This document shows, piece by piece, positions 1-10,204 of a stretch of 64,000 nt of DNA. Origin of the DNA: Patescibacteria group bacterium (GTDB taxonomy: Bacteria; Patescibacteriota; Patescibacteriia; UBA1558; GWA2-36-10); NCBI GenBank assembly GCA_041665545.1, contig JBAYIQ010000001.1:44-64043 (forward strand), read 5' to 3'. A program made the translations under genes and the position numbers. The notes beneath the pieces were generated by a model. It saw nothing but the letters and a program-made list of their open reading frames with translations. It did not search any database and had not been told where the DNA came from. Numbering within the stretch: the stretch's first letter is position 1; every line of letters starts with the position of its first letter.

Positions 1-2
1 AC

Positions 3-65
3 ACTCGCAATCCTCAGAAACTACGCTTACTTGTTAGAAAAATGTTACGTTTTGATGATAAATAG
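3..65 (+). CDS. 3' end of a CDS entering the window (…TRNPQKLRLLVRKMLRFDDK*)
   Basis: Open frame from the window edge to TAG at 63-65; product unknown. Confidence 0.4.
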   Translation, partial: TRNPQKLRLLVRKMLRFDDK

Positions 66-462
66 TAGGCCAGACCGTTAATTTGGGGGTGTTTTTTTGT
101 TGACTTTCCACCTAAAAAGTTTCATAATTAAGACAGTTTTTGTGGAAAAAACAGGCAAGTTTAATTATTAAATTTGCCTAAAATTATGAAAACAGCAAAA
201 AAAGAGAGTAAATGAAAAAGCTCTCTTCGGGACTAACCCCTTCGAGAACTTTTTCGTCGTGATTCTATTAGAAGTATAGGATAATAGTAGTAATTTGTAA
301 ATATATAGTGAAATGTAGGCAACTAGTTCCATTTTGGAACATACTCAAATTTTAGTGAATAGAGGGTAATAAACAATATATATTCACTAAATATTGACAA
401 ATTAGGATACTTTCGTATATAATTGTATATAGTTGATTATATACATTAATTATATCTTAAAT

Positions 463-1527
463 ATGAGCCAAAATAGCTTTAATAAAAGAATAAAACTAAG
501 CCAAGAGATATTGGGGAAAATTGCTAAAATTGATGAATTTAAGGGTCTTTGGCAAGGAAGTTTGCGGATTAGTCCGCAGATTTTGGGTCGCCTCAAATCA
601 TCGGTAATTATCACTTCAAGCGGATCTTCTACTCGAATTGAGGGGTCAAAAATGAGTGATGTCGAAGTGTCTAGGCTACTTCGTGGCTTAAAGGCCAAAG
701 CTCCTAAAAATAGAGATGAGCAGGAGGTGGCTGGCTATGCTGATCTTTTGGGTCGGATTTTTGATAATCATCGTACACTCAAGTTGACAGAAAATAATAT
801 TTTGCATTTTCATGGTATTCTTTTGCAGTTTAGCGTTAAAGACCAATCCCATTTTGGCAAGTACAAGAGTGCTGACAATACCGTGGTCATGAAAGATGAT
901 CAAAATAGAGAAGTTGTTTTGTTTAATCCCAGCAAACCATATTTAGTCAAACCCGAAATGGAAGCAATTATTACCTGGGCAAATGAAGAGTTAGTCAAAA
1001 AAGAGCTTCACCCGGTTTTAATCATAGCGAATTTTATTTTTGAATTTTTAGCAATTCATCCCTTTCTTGATGGTAATGGTCGTCTGAGTCGCGCTTTGAC
1101 CAATTTGCTTTTACTTCGTAGTGATTATACTTATGTGCCTTATGTTTCTCTAGATGAAATTATAGAAGATCGCAAAGAAGATTATTATTTAGCACTTAGG
1201 GCTACACAAAAGCATCACAAAACTGATCATGAAGATATTTCGCCCTGGTTAAATTTTTTGCTGGATAGTTTATTGCTTCAAGTTACTAAGGCTAAAGAAA
1301 TCATGAATTCCGAGCAGCCAGAAAAACTCTTATCAGAAAGACAAGGGCAAATTTTTGCAGTATTTACAAATGATGAAGCTCTAGGTGTAGCCGAGATTGA
1401 TAAACGTCTCAAAGGGGCAGTACCGCAAGTGACTATCAAGCAAGCATTAGCTAGGTTGGTGGCTTTACGATTAATTGAAAGAATGGGTCAAGGTAGAGGT
1501 GTCAGATATGTAAAACATAATAAATAA
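463..1527 (+). CDS. Fic family protein with C-terminal winged HTH
   Basis: HPFLDGNGRLSR Fic motif; SSTRIEG inhibitory-type motif; ATG at 463 preferred over TTG at 433. Confidence 0.9.
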   Translation: MSQNSFNKRIKLSQEILGKIAKIDEFKGLWQGSLRISPQILGRLKSSVIITSSGSSTRIEGSKMSDVEVSRLLRGLKAKAPKNRDEQEVAGYADLLGRIFDNHRTLKLTENNILHFHGILLQFSVKDQSHFGKYKSADNTVVMKDDQNREVVLFNPSKPYLVKPEMEAIITWANEELVKKELHPVLIIANFIFEFLAIHPFLDGNGRLSRALTNLLLLRSDYTYVPYVSLDEIIEDRKEDYYLALRATQKHHKTDHEDISPWLNFLLDSLLLQVTKAKEIMNSEQPEKLLSERQGQIFAVFTNDEALGVAEIDKRLKGAVPQVTIKQALARLVALRLIERMGQGRGVRYVKHNK

Positions 1528-1593
1528 TTTTATGAATACCCAAAAAAATAATTAAAAAATATACCAAAAATTAACAATCTTACAATAAACAAT

Positions 1594-2202
1594 ATGCCTA
1601 CCCCAGAAAAAGATATCAAAAAAATCGTCGGCTTCCTGTTTGAAGTCGGTACTATGAAAAAGCTACCTCGCATGCACCAGCAGATGCTGTTGTCTCAAGA
1701 CTTGTCAGACAATATTTCCACCCACTCTTATCGGGTAGCGATCATTGCTTGGTTTTTGGCTAAGATGGAAGGAGTTGACCCTTACAAAACAGTGATGATG
1801 GCTTTGATACACGACAGCAAAGAAGTACGCAGCGGTGATCACAACTACGTGCACAAAAAATATGTCAAAATATTTGATGATGAGATTGCCAAAGATCAGC
1901 TGGGCAGTCTGCCTTTTCAGGATCTATACGAAATGGACCAAGAGTTTGAAGTTCGACAAAGCAAAGAAGCTATCACTGCCAAAGACGCCGATCTGCTAGA
2001 CCAAATACTCTTGCTCAAAGAATATGCTCATCAGGGTAATAAAGAGGCAGATATCTGGCTCAATGGCAAGGGCGAAGCTGATCACAGCAACGTGCAATAT
2101 AGAAATCTAAAAACCGAATCAGCTAAAAAACTTGGGGCCGAAATGTTGACGGTCAGGGTTTCTGAATGGTGGGAAAATATGTGGACAAATAAGAATAGAT
2201 AA
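1594..2202 (+). CDS. HD-domain hydrolase (YfbR/5'-deoxynucleotidase-like)
   Basis: H-S-Y-R-V, ALIHD and DAD motifs. Confidence 0.8.
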   Translation: MPTPEKDIKKIVGFLFEVGTMKKLPRMHQQMLLSQDLSDNISTHSYRVAIIAWFLAKMEGVDPYKTVMMALIHDSKEVRSGDHNYVHKKYVKIFDDEIAKDQLGSLPFQDLYEMDQEFEVRQSKEAITAKDADLLDQILLLKEYAHQGNKEADIWLNGKGEADHSNVQYRNLKTESAKKLGAEMLTVRVSEWWENMWTNKNR

Positions 2203-2314
2203 GGAGTTATAAATTAGGCTATTTTTGGCCAGAAAAGCTACTTTGCATGCTTTGACAGAAGTCAAATTTAGGGATAAAATAGAGGCGTAAATTAGACTCT
2301 TAAATTTAATAAAT

Positions 2315-3340
2315 ATGGCCAGAACAGACTTAATCAAAAAAATTGAGCAAACCAGGAATTCACGGGTGATTACTTATCTGACTAGTGATCGTCAGGGACC
2401 TATCAATGCCCGCGTGGCAATGGATATTATTCCTATTATTGCTAAGCAGCTCCAATTAATCGGCAAAACCGAAAACATTGATTTATTTTTGTACAGTGCC
2501 GGCGGTGATACCATGGTGCCCTGGCGTTTGGTTTCCATGATTCGTGAATATTGCGACAAGTTTTCAGTCATAGTTCCCTACAAAGCGCATAGCGCAGCTA
2601 CTATGATTTCTTTGGGTGCCGATGAAATTGTTATGAGTAATCTTTCTGAACTATCGCCAATTGATCCATCAACGGCCAATGTTTTTAATCCGCAAGATCC
2701 TCAGAATCAACAGGGCAAAATTCCTATTTCCGTGGAAGACGTCATGGCTTATTTTGACTTAGCAAAAAATAAATTTGGTATTAAAAATGACGAGCAGCTT
2801 GCTAGCATTTTTAATAAATTTGTAGAAGCAAACCCGCAAATTCATCCCTTAGCCCTCGGTAATGTCAATCGTATCCATAATCTCATCAGAATGCTAGCCA
2901 AGCGACTTTTGAAGAGTCATAAAACACCAATGAGAGAAGATGAGGTTGATAAGTTGGTTGATTATTTTACGGAAAAACTTTATTCACATCAATATTTTAT
3001 TGGCCGTAAAGAAGCCAGAGAAGACCTGGGTCTTAAAAGTGTTCAGTTTGCTGACGAGGAATTATCAAAATCTATGACAGATCTTTTTGAAGAATACAAA
3101 AAAGAAATGGAGCTTGATATATTGTGGAATCCAGAAAATGAGCTTGGTCAAAATGCTATGCAGAACAACAAAGCTTATAAAATTGCTTATATTGAGAGTT
3201 CACAATTCGCCAATCATTTTGAACTAAAGGTTGAATATAGAAAACAACAAATTAATATGGTTCAACAAACTCCGCAAGGACCAATCCAAATGCCCCAAGA
3301 GCAGGTCGTGTGGAAAATTATTGATCAGGGGTGGAAGTAG
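2315..3340 (+). CDS. ClpP-class serine protease (SDH_sah family)
   Basis: LYSAGG, AHSAATMISLGADEI, LSPIDP and YSH motifs. Confidence 0.85.
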   Translation: MARTDLIKKIEQTRNSRVITYLTSDRQGPINARVAMDIIPIIAKQLQLIGKTENIDLFLYSAGGDTMVPWRLVSMIREYCDKFSVIVPYKAHSAATMISLGADEIVMSNLSELSPIDPSTANVFNPQDPQNQQGKIPISVEDVMAYFDLAKNKFGIKNDEQLASIFNKFVEANPQIHPLALGNVNRIHNLIRMLAKRLLKSHKTPMREDEVDKLVDYFTEKLYSHQYFIGRKEAREDLGLKSVQFADEELSKSMTDLFEEYKKEMELDILWNPENELGQNAMQNNKAYKIAYIESSQFANHFELKVEYRKQQINMVQQTPQGPIQMPQEQVVWKIIDQGWK

Positions 3341-3359
3341 TGTTTTTATTTAAAGTTCT

Positions 3360-3839
3360 ATGGAAAACCAGAAACAAGATTATTTACCAAATAAAACCAC
3401 GGGCACAGACCAGTTAGTAGGACAGTCTCCATTAACTAATGCGTGGTCTGATGTAGAAAAACAGGCTCAGGAAGACTCAAAGGCCAGCGCCCTTATAAAC
3501 TTAAGAGAGACTACTAGCTATGAACTAGGGGCATTAAGGGAAGAAGGGAAAATAATTAAGCTTGATTTAATTGATTACCAAAAAAGTTTAAAACGGGTTG
3601 ATAATTTATTACTTGGTGCCATAGTTGTAATTGCAGTGGCTTTTATTACCACAATTTCTTTGGTTTTTTTTGATTTGATTAAAGAAAAAGATTTGTATTT
3701 GAGATATAATGATCTCTATCAAAAATATTCTGAAGAAAGTGCTAAATTAAAAGATGAAATCAATAATCAGAAAATTGAAATTAACAACTTGGGCAATAAA
3801 ATTGAAATATTGAAAGCTAGAAATACCTATTTAAAATAA
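3360..3839 (+). CDS. Hypothetical single-TM coiled-coil protein
   Basis: 159-aa ORF with one hydrophobic helix and a heptad C-terminus. Confidence 0.6.
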   Translation: MENQKQDYLPNKTTGTDQLVGQSPLTNAWSDVEKQAQEDSKASALINLRETTSYELGALREEGKIIKLDLIDYQKSLKRVDNLLLGAIVVIAVAFITTISLVFFDLIKEKDLYLRYNDLYQKYSEESAKLKDEINNQKIEINNLGNKIEILKARNTYLK

Positions 3840-3844
3840 ACAGT

Positions 3845-4063
3845 ATGCAAATTTTTAAAGAATATTTGATCACTTTTGGTTGGGCAATTACTGGTGCCAT
3901 TTCCATGGCAATTTCTCTAGGCATCTTGGTAAAAGTTTTTTCTTGGATTACTCCTATCAATGAGTGGGAAGAAATCAAAAGCGGCAATAAAGGAGTTGCT
4001 TTGATTTTATGTTCCGTGATCTTAGGAACAGCCCTGGTCATTGGCTTGACAGTAATGCCCTAA
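3845..4063 (+). CDS. DUF350-like small membrane protein
   Basis: Two TM helices around TPINEWEEIKSGNKGVA. Confidence 0.7.
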   Translation: MQIFKEYLITFGWAITGAISMAISLGILVKVFSWITPINEWEEIKSGNKGVALILCSVILGTALVIGLTVMP

Positions 4064-4066
4064 CCT

Positions 4067-4300
4067 ATGCGCCAAACAAAATTATTATTAGCTATTTTCA
4101 TAGTAGCTAATTTTATTATTGTGCCGACAGCTTATGCTCATCCAGGCAGGACCGACAACAATGGTTGTCATACCTGCTATACCAATTGCGAAAATTGGGG
4201 TTTAAAATATGGTGAGTATCACTGTCATGGCACTGATAATAGTGTAAAGACAGAAACCAGAACCGAGAGTAGGAAAACAGCTAGAAGGAGCAGTAGATAA
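4067..4300 (+). CDS. YHYH-domain secreted protein
   Basis: Signal peptide, then AHPGRTD..GCH…YHCH. Confidence 0.8.
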   Translation: MRQTKLLLAIFIVANFIIVPTAYAHPGRTDNNGCHTCYTNCENWGLKYGEYHCHGTDNSVKTETRTESRKTARRSSR

Positions 4301-4304
4301 TTTT

Positions 4305-4724
4305 ATGATTCTTTATAAATGGCAAGTAAAATTTTTTAGTTTTATTTCTAAATTATCACTAACTGGTTTTATCATGAGTGGTCTTAGTGGTTTTTTGCGT
4401 TTGTATAATGACGAAGGAAAATATATTTGGGATCTCATCTCACTCTTTCTTATAATTGGTACTCTTGTTTTATCTATACAACCAAGTTATTTAAAGAAAA
4501 AACAAGAAAAAGAATTACCAAAAAATGGATTTTTAATTGTTATTTCCAGTATAATTATTTTAATTAGTTATGGTATTGGGTTCACTAGTCCAAACACCCA
4601 GCTGACATTAGATGCTGTTAAAAATATTTCAAGCGCAGTATTTTTTATTGGGGTAGCTTTATTTTGTTATAGTTTATCAGATTTAGTTATTGAATTGGGT
4701 AAAAATATATTCTCTAAAAAATAA
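4305..4724 (+). CDS. Hypothetical 4-TM membrane protein
   Basis: Hydrophobic ORF in operon-like spacing. Confidence 0.6.
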   Translation: MILYKWQVKFFSFISKLSLTGFIMSGLSGFLRLYNDEGKYIWDLISLFLIIGTLVLSIQPSYLKKKQEKELPKNGFLIVISSIIILISYGIGFTSPNTQLTLDAVKNISSAVFFIGVALFCYSLSDLVIELGKNIFSKK

Positions 4725-4733
4725 TTTAACCAT

Positions 4734-5888
4734 ATGCCAAATTTTAAAATTAGTAAAAAAATTGGTTCAGTAGCAGTTTTAATTTTAAGCATCTTTGTCT
4801 TGACTGGCTGTGCTGGCTTGTTTGATTTTTTGGATGCTGACATGAGCAAAGCCATTGATAAAAAAAATCCCAAGATTTGTCGCAAGATGGAGGACGAGGC
4901 ACGGAAAGAGCGTTGTCTGGCTGGCGTGGCTGAAGCCGCCAAAAACGAAAAACTTTGTGATGAGATCAAAGACTCAAGCACCAAAGACAATTGTTTGTCC
5001 AAAGTGGCTGTAGCCGGCGACAAGCTGGATTTGTGTGGCAAGATTACTCAGGATAGTTACAAAGATCCTTGCTACAACCAGCTAGCTATCAAACGCAATG
5101 ACGCCAATCTCTGCACCTCTATCACCAATGCCAATACAGTTGGCGCTTGTGTTTCTCAAATTGCCGAAGCCAAAGGTGACATGAATTTGTGCACCACGAT
5201 TGTGGCCGATTATTATCGCAATGATTGTTTTACCAAAGTAGCGGCCAAAAATAATGACCCGGGCATTTGTGATAATATGACCGGCAATAATAAAACTAAT
5301 TGTTATGTAGTGATTGCCAAAACCCAAAAAGACGAAAAGATTTGCGACAAGATCACCGAGCAAAGATACAAAGATGTTTGTTTATCTAATGTCGCTGCTG
5401 TCACTGGTGGCAATTTGCTTTGTGGCAAAGTAGTGGATAGTAGACAGCGCGCCCAATGCTATTATCTGGTAGGCACTACCACCTATGATGCTGATACTTG
5501 TTTTAAGATAGAGGACACTGGTCAAAAAGAAGCTTGCTATCAAGTAGTGGCTATTCACAACAAAGATGAGCAATTGTGTCAATCTATCACGGTGGATGTC
5601 AACAATCGTAATTTTTGTTTGCGGACTATAGCTTTGGATAAAAGATCAGTCAGCACTTGTAATTATATTACTGATAAAGCAGCTAATTATGAATGTATTT
5701 ATGGTGTAGCCAATGTCAGTACTGATGCTAGTGTTTGTGAAAAAATTGAGAGTAAGGGCACTAGAGATAAGTGTTTGTTTAATGTGGGTGTGACCTCCCA
5801 AGACAAAAATGTTTGTCGCAGTGTCAGTGGTAAGAGTGAAAAAAATACCTGCGAAGACGGCACCAAAACTACTCAATTACAACCATAA
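4734..5888 (+). CDS. Cys-rich repeat lipoprotein
   Basis: Lipobox LTGC; about 13 repeats of roughly 25-26 aa, C..I.....(K/R)D.C...(V/I)A. Confidence 0.8.
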   Translation: MPNFKISKKIGSVAVLILSIFVLTGCAGLFDFLDADMSKAIDKKNPKICRKMEDEARKERCLAGVAEAAKNEKLCDEIKDSSTKDNCLSKVAVAGDKLDLCGKITQDSYKDPCYNQLAIKRNDANLCTSITNANTVGACVSQIAEAKGDMNLCTTIVADYYRNDCFTKVAAKNNDPGICDNMTGNNKTNCYVVIAKTQKDEKICDKITEQRYKDVCLSNVAAVTGGNLLCGKVVDSRQRAQCYYLVGTTTYDADTCFKIEDTGQKEACYQVVAIHNKDEQLCQSITVDVNNRNFCLRTIALDKRSVSTCNYITDKAANYECIYGVANVSTDASVCEKIESKGTRDKCLFNVGVTSQDKNVCRSVSGKSEKNTCEDGTKTTQLQP

Positions 5889-5905
5889 ATAATTAAAATA
5901 AAAAA

Positions 5906-6190
5906 ATGAACACATTAACATTTACAGCCATTGTTGGATTTTTAACAGTTGGCCTTGGTGTTTTAGTAAAATTAGTCGGTTTTCCTGATCAAATACGTAA
6001 AAATTATAAAAATAAATCTACCCAAGGGCTTTCTACCGCTTTTATTGGCTTGTCTTTTTTGGTTTATGTCATGTGGACCCTACACGGCATCTTATTAAAA
6101 GATTGGGTATTAATTATTGGACAAGGACTCGGCATTGTTACCACTGGCGCAATATTGTGGCAAATTTATCTTTATAGAAAAACAGTTTAA
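5906..6190 (+). CDS. PQ-loop/SemiSWEET-type transporter
   Basis: FPDQI..NY..KSTQGLS and W..HG motifs, 3 TM. Confidence 0.75.
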   Translation: MNTLTFTAIVGFLTVGLGVLVKLVGFPDQIRKNYKNKSTQGLSTAFIGLSFLVYVMWTLHGILLKDWVLIIGQGLGIVTTGAILWQIYLYRKTV

Positions 6191-6199
6191 AATAAAAAA

Positions 6200-6445
6200 A
6201 TGAATACACCACAAATTTATATTTTAGTATCTATTATTGCTTTGGCAGTAATTATGTTGGTTTTAATTTTTACCAGAAAAAAAATGCAAAAGCCACTTTC
6301 CAAATTAGCATCTTTTGCCTTTGTATTTGTAATAGCCGGAATTGTTTTTGGAAATGGCGACTGGCTTGGCTATAGTTTAATGGGTATTGGTATTGTTCTG
6401 GCAATTATCGATAGTATTAAAAAATCAAAAAATAAGAAGGTATAA
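6200..6445 (+). CDS. Small membrane protein
   Basis: 81-aa hydrophobic ORF with 3 TM. Confidence 0.65.
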   Translation: MNTPQIYILVSIIALAVIMLVLIFTRKKMQKPLSKLASFAFVFVIAGIVFGNGDWLGYSLMGIGIVLAIIDSIKKSKNKKV

Positions 6446-6449
6446 AATT

Positions 6450-6737
6450 ATGAATTTTGAGTACAATAAGCAGGGTAATCCATTGGAACACGACAGCATC
6501 GGTATTGAAAATGTTGTTTCTTTTGACGAGCTATATGAAAAGCTTAGGGCTTTTGGTAATATAGAGGGCTCACAAAAATTTTATACGCCCGAGATGTTGA
6601 TTAAGAAAATTGAACAAGTGCGTCATGGACACAGTGGTCTTTTGTCTATCACGCGCAGTTATGGATTACGTGATGTCGTGGCCAAATTATTATTGGAAGA
6701 TGCGGTTTATAAAAAATATTGTAGTGATAAAAAATGA
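6450..6737 (+). CDS. Hypothetical protein
   Basis: ATG at 6450 after the upstream stop; ATGA overlap with the next gene. Confidence 0.6.
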   Translation: MNFEYNKQGNPLEHDSIGIENVVSFDELYEKLRAFGNIEGSQKFYTPEMLIKKIEQVRHGHSGLLSITRSYGLRDVVAKLLLEDAVYKKYCSDKK

Positions 6738-7492
6738 AGCAAATAAAAAATAAAAAGTTTTTAATATTTTTGGCCATAATTTTATTAGGCGGTGTTTATT
6801 TATATCTGGCGCATTTTTTTATTTATTATCGCTTGGGTCATAGTGGCCTGCTGGATATTGAGCGCCAGGCGGTTTATGATATCGGAGACAGTCAGACCAG
6901 CTCTACAACTCTAGTTTATGTGGCTTTGGGTGATAGCTTCACGGCTGGTCGTGGGGCTAGTAGTTACCAAGAGTCATTTCCTTATTTACTGGCCGAAGAA
7001 TTAGCCAAAGATAAATCAGTCAAAATAACCTTGAAAAACTTTTCTTCTTCCGGTGCTAGGACTAGCCACTTGATTGCTGGACAGCTTGATCAAGCAATTT
7101 CTGCCAAGCCCGATATTATTACTTTGCTGATCGGCACCAATGATGTGCACGGTAATATCAAAGAAGCTGTTTTTCAAAAAAATTATATCTATATTTTGGA
7201 TCAGCTTGTCCAAAAAACACCAGCCAAAATTTATTTGATTGGTCTGCCCAACAACGGCACTGACGGACTATTGTGGCCACCTTATAATTATTATTTTAGA
7301 CAAAAAACCAAAACCTACAATCAGATTATTAAAGGGTTGGCGCAGGATTACGGTTTGGTTTATGTTGATTTGGAAAAGGCGCTTGTCGAGTTGAGTCAGC
7401 AAGACGGCTATTATTCCCAAGATTTATTTCATCCTTCAACCCAAGGGTATCAGCTTTGGTCGCAGATAATTTATGCCGATATTAATAAATAA
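6734..7492 (+). CDS. SGNH/GDSL hydrolase, membrane-anchored
   Basis: GDSF, GTND and DLFHP blocks. Confidence 0.9.
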   Translation: MKQIKNKKFLIFLAIILLGGVYLYLAHFFIYYRLGHSGLLDIERQAVYDIGDSQTSSTTLVYVALGDSFTAGRGASSYQESFPYLLAEELAKDKSVKITLKNFSSSGARTSHLIAGQLDQAISAKPDIITLLIGTNDVHGNIKEAVFQKNYIYILDQLVQKTPAKIYLIGLPNNGTDGLLWPPYNYYFRQKTKTYNQIIKGLAQDYGLVYVDLEKALVELSQQDGYYSQDLFHPSTQGYQLWSQIIYADINK

Positions 7493-8582
7493 CACAGTAA
7501 GCTCTACTTACATTTTTATAATAATTTTTATAGTTGCTGTTTTATTGTCTATTAGAAAGAAAAAGCATCAAGAATTTTTTTCCAACCTAGTTTCTCAAGA
7601 GTTAAAAGGATTGGCTACCTTTATGATTATTTTTGGCCATATTGGCTATTTTTTGCTTAGCGATCATCGATTTTTATTTCCTTTGTCCATCGCCGCTGGT
7701 GTCGGAGTCAACTTGTTTTTATTGTTGTCTGGCTATGGTTTGACCACTAGTGCACTGCGTAAGCATACATCTATTTGGCAATTTTATAAAAAGCGTTTGG
7801 TAAAATTATTTATTCCTTTGTGGTTGATTTTGATATTTTTTTTGGTTTTAGATTATTTCGTTTTACACCGCACTTATGCTTGGGCTTATATTGTTCGCTC
7901 ATTTTTGGGTTGGTTTCCTAGGGCTGATTTAGCGATCGACATCAATTCACCGCTGTGGTATTTTTCTCTTATTTTATTTTATTATCTTATATTTCCACTG
8001 TTTTTCTCCAAAAAATATTATTGGCTATCGGCTTTGGCAATTTATTTTACATCATATTTACTTTTACACAATGACTCTGGTCATTTTGTGGATGTAATTC
8101 GTCTGTACAAAGTTCATCTTTTGGCCTTTCCCTTGGGCGTGCTTTTGGCTGGTTTGTATTCTCAGCGCCACAAACTTAGTCGACTCGTCAAAATTGTCAG
8201 AGAAATAGTTCATCACCAAAGACCGAGTAGGATTATTATGTATTATTTTTTAGCTGGTATTTTGCTTTTGGTTTTTGCTTACACTGCCTATCATTCCAAT
8301 GTCGACCGCCAACCCCTGAAAGAACAGCTAACCAGCTTGTTTACATTGCTAGCCGTATTAGTTATATTTTTAATTAAAAAATTTGATGTAAAATTATTTT
8401 CATTATTTGGTTTTTATTCTTACGAAATATATTTATTGCATTGGCCAATTCTTTATCGTTACGATTTGTTTTATAAATACACCCCAGCTTGGTTGGCTAC
8501 TATTTTGTATTTATTTTTGTTTATATTTTTGGGCTGGCTACTCAAAAAAATTACTAGCGTAGCGCTAGGTACAAAAAACTAA
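7473..8582 (+). CDS. Acyltransferase-3 family membrane protein
   Basis: LKGLA…GH, F..LSGYGL, SYEIYLLHWP. Confidence 0.85.
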   Translation: MPILINNTVSSTYIFIIIFIVAVLLSIRKKKHQEFFSNLVSQELKGLATFMIIFGHIGYFLLSDHRFLFPLSIAAGVGVNLFLLLSGYGLTTSALRKHTSIWQFYKKRLVKLFIPLWLILIFFLVLDYFVLHRTYAWAYIVRSFLGWFPRADLAIDINSPLWYFSLILFYYLIFPLFFSKKYYWLSALAIYFTSYLLLHNDSGHFVDVIRLYKVHLLAFPLGVLLAGLYSQRHKLSRLVKIVREIVHHQRPSRIIMYYFLAGILLLVFAYTAYHSNVDRQPLKEQLTSLFTLLAVLVIFLIKKFDVKLFSLFGFYSYEIYLLHWPILYRYDLFYKYTPAWLATILYLFLFIFLGWLLKKITSVALGTKN

Positions 8583-8600
8583 TCGGATTGATTAGTTTTT
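8574..8600. terminator. Bidirectional intrinsic terminator
   Basis: aaaaactaatc…gattagttttt between convergent genes. Confidence 0.6.
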
Positions 8601-8623
8601 AAAGAAAGTATTTTTTTGTCCAA

Positions 8624-9295
8624 TTACTTTGATACCACCAAAGCAATCTTACGTTTGGCATTCATGGTTTTGGTGACATGATCCCAATCAGCCGAGGCTT
8701 TTTGTAGAGTAGCAAAAGAGTATTCATTGGCTTCACCAGCATTGGTACCGGGGTCATTGACGATAAAAGTATGGCCACGGAAGCCCCTGATGACTATCAT
8801 GTGATAGGTTGGTCCATCTTCTATGTATTGGGGACTGTTCAAAAGCTTGGCATTGATGGGCAGTAGTATGGGGTGGCCTTTGAGCAGTTCGGTTTTCAAA
8901 TCTAGTTCAGTGTAATCTTGGATTTGTTTTATTTTCAAGCCCAGAGCGCCTTCGGCCATTTTGGTGGTGGCTGAAGCTCCGGTGTCAGCGTTGTATCCCA
9001 AATTTGCTTGTTCCCATTTTTTGAGATTGTCGATGGCAGTTTGCGCTGGTGAGGCAGTGATATTGTCCTGGGTGTTTCCTTTCAAAAATGTATCGACCAT
9101 GGCCAGACTGGTTTCCTCACAATCTTCATTGCGACTCCAATTGTCAGTGGGAGCTTGAGCGCTGAAAGGTACTTGTAAAACAAAGCTATTGGGTATACTT
9201 TTTGGCTTGATTACTTTCAGAAAATAAAGCCCAGCTCCAGCTAGCACTAGCAGGGCAATTACAGCATAAATTAAGTATGGTTTTGTGAGTTTCAT
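8624..9295 (-). CDS. C39-like peptidase family protein
   Basis: VPFSAQAP…CEE, YHMIVIRG, NDPG. Confidence 0.8.
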   Translation of the reverse strand: MKLTKPYLIYAVIALLVLAGAGLYFLKVIKPKSIPNSFVLQVPFSAQAPTDNWSRNEDCEETSLAMVDTFLKGNTQDNITASPAQTAIDNLKKWEQANLGYNADTGASATTKMAEGALGLKIKQIQDYTELDLKTELLKGHPILLPINAKLLNSPQYIEDGPTYHMIVIRGFRGHTFIVNDPGTNAGEANEYSFATLQKASADWDHVTKTMNAKRKIALVVSK

Positions 9296-9416
9296 GGCTA
9301 TTTTTAGTATAGCCCCTATTATTTATTTTGTATATAGTTTATTTCACGAAACCCTTTATTTTTTCCAATTTTAGTGTTAAACTCAAGTTGTTTTTAATTA
9401 ATTTAACATAATTATT

Positions 9417-10181
9417 ATGGACACACTTTATTTCATTATTTTGGTGCTGGTGGTCATTTTATTTGCCTCGCTAAGGGTCATCAAGCAATACGAGCGGGCA
9501 GTGGTGTTTTTCTTGGGTAAATATAGTGGTATGCGCGGTCCGGGATTGGTTTTTATCATTCCTATTTTTGAAAGAATGACTAGGGTAGTTTTACGAACAA
9601 TCACTATGGATATTCCTTCGCAGAAGATTATTACCAAGGACAATGTCTCCATTGATATTGCGGCTGTGGCTTATTATCACATTGTCGATGCTTCAAAATC
9701 AGTGATTGCTATTGAGAATATTTATCAAGCTGTCAATCAGATCAGTCAGACTACGGTGCGTAATGTAGTTGGTCAATTTTATTTGGATCAATTGTTGTCG
9801 CAGACCAGTCAGATCAATGAGCAGATCAAGAATGTTATTGATACACACACTGAGCCCTGGGGAGCGCAAGTGACAGCTGTTGAGATCAAAGATATTTTTT
9901 TACCAGACAATATGCAGAGGGCTATGGCCAAAGAAGCTGAGGCCGAGCGTGAGCGTCGCGCCAAGATTGTGGCCGCTGAAGGCGAGTTTCAAGCTGCCGC
10001 CAAATTGGGTCAAGCCGCCGATCTTATTTCTCAGCACCCCGTAGCTTTGCAGTTGCGTACTTTGCAGACCATGGCGGAGATCAGTGTGGAGAAAAATTCT
10101 ACGATTATTTTTCCAGCGCAGTTTATGCCCACAGTAGAGGAGGCCTTCAAAATGATAAATAAAGATCAAGCCAAGAAATAA
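9417..10181 (+). CDS. SPFH/slipin (stomatin-like) protein
   Basis: [24 protein letters not shown]. Confidence 0.92.
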   Translation: MDTLYFIILVLVVILFASLRVIKQYERAVVFFLGKYSGMRGPGLVFIIPIFERMTRVVLRTITMDIPSQKIITKDNVSIDIAAVAYYHIVDASKSVIAIENIYQAVNQISQTTVRNVVGQFYLDQLLSQTSQINEQIKNVIDTHTEPWGAQVTAVEIKDIFLPDNMQRAMAKEAEAERERRAKIVAAEGEFQAAAKLGQAADLISQHPVALQLRTLQTMAEISVEKNSTIIFPAQFMPTVEEAFKMINKDQAKK

Positions 10182-10204
10182 TTTTTGTATAAAATGATTT
10201 AAAT

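Noticed and set aside
352-391. tttagtgaata/tattcactaaa inverted repeat upstream of fic
   Set aside because: Could be an operator, but it is AT-rich and has no other support.
463-4724. Prophage or defence island in the Fic/protease block
   Set aside because: No integrase, phage structural gene or recognisable defence gene present.
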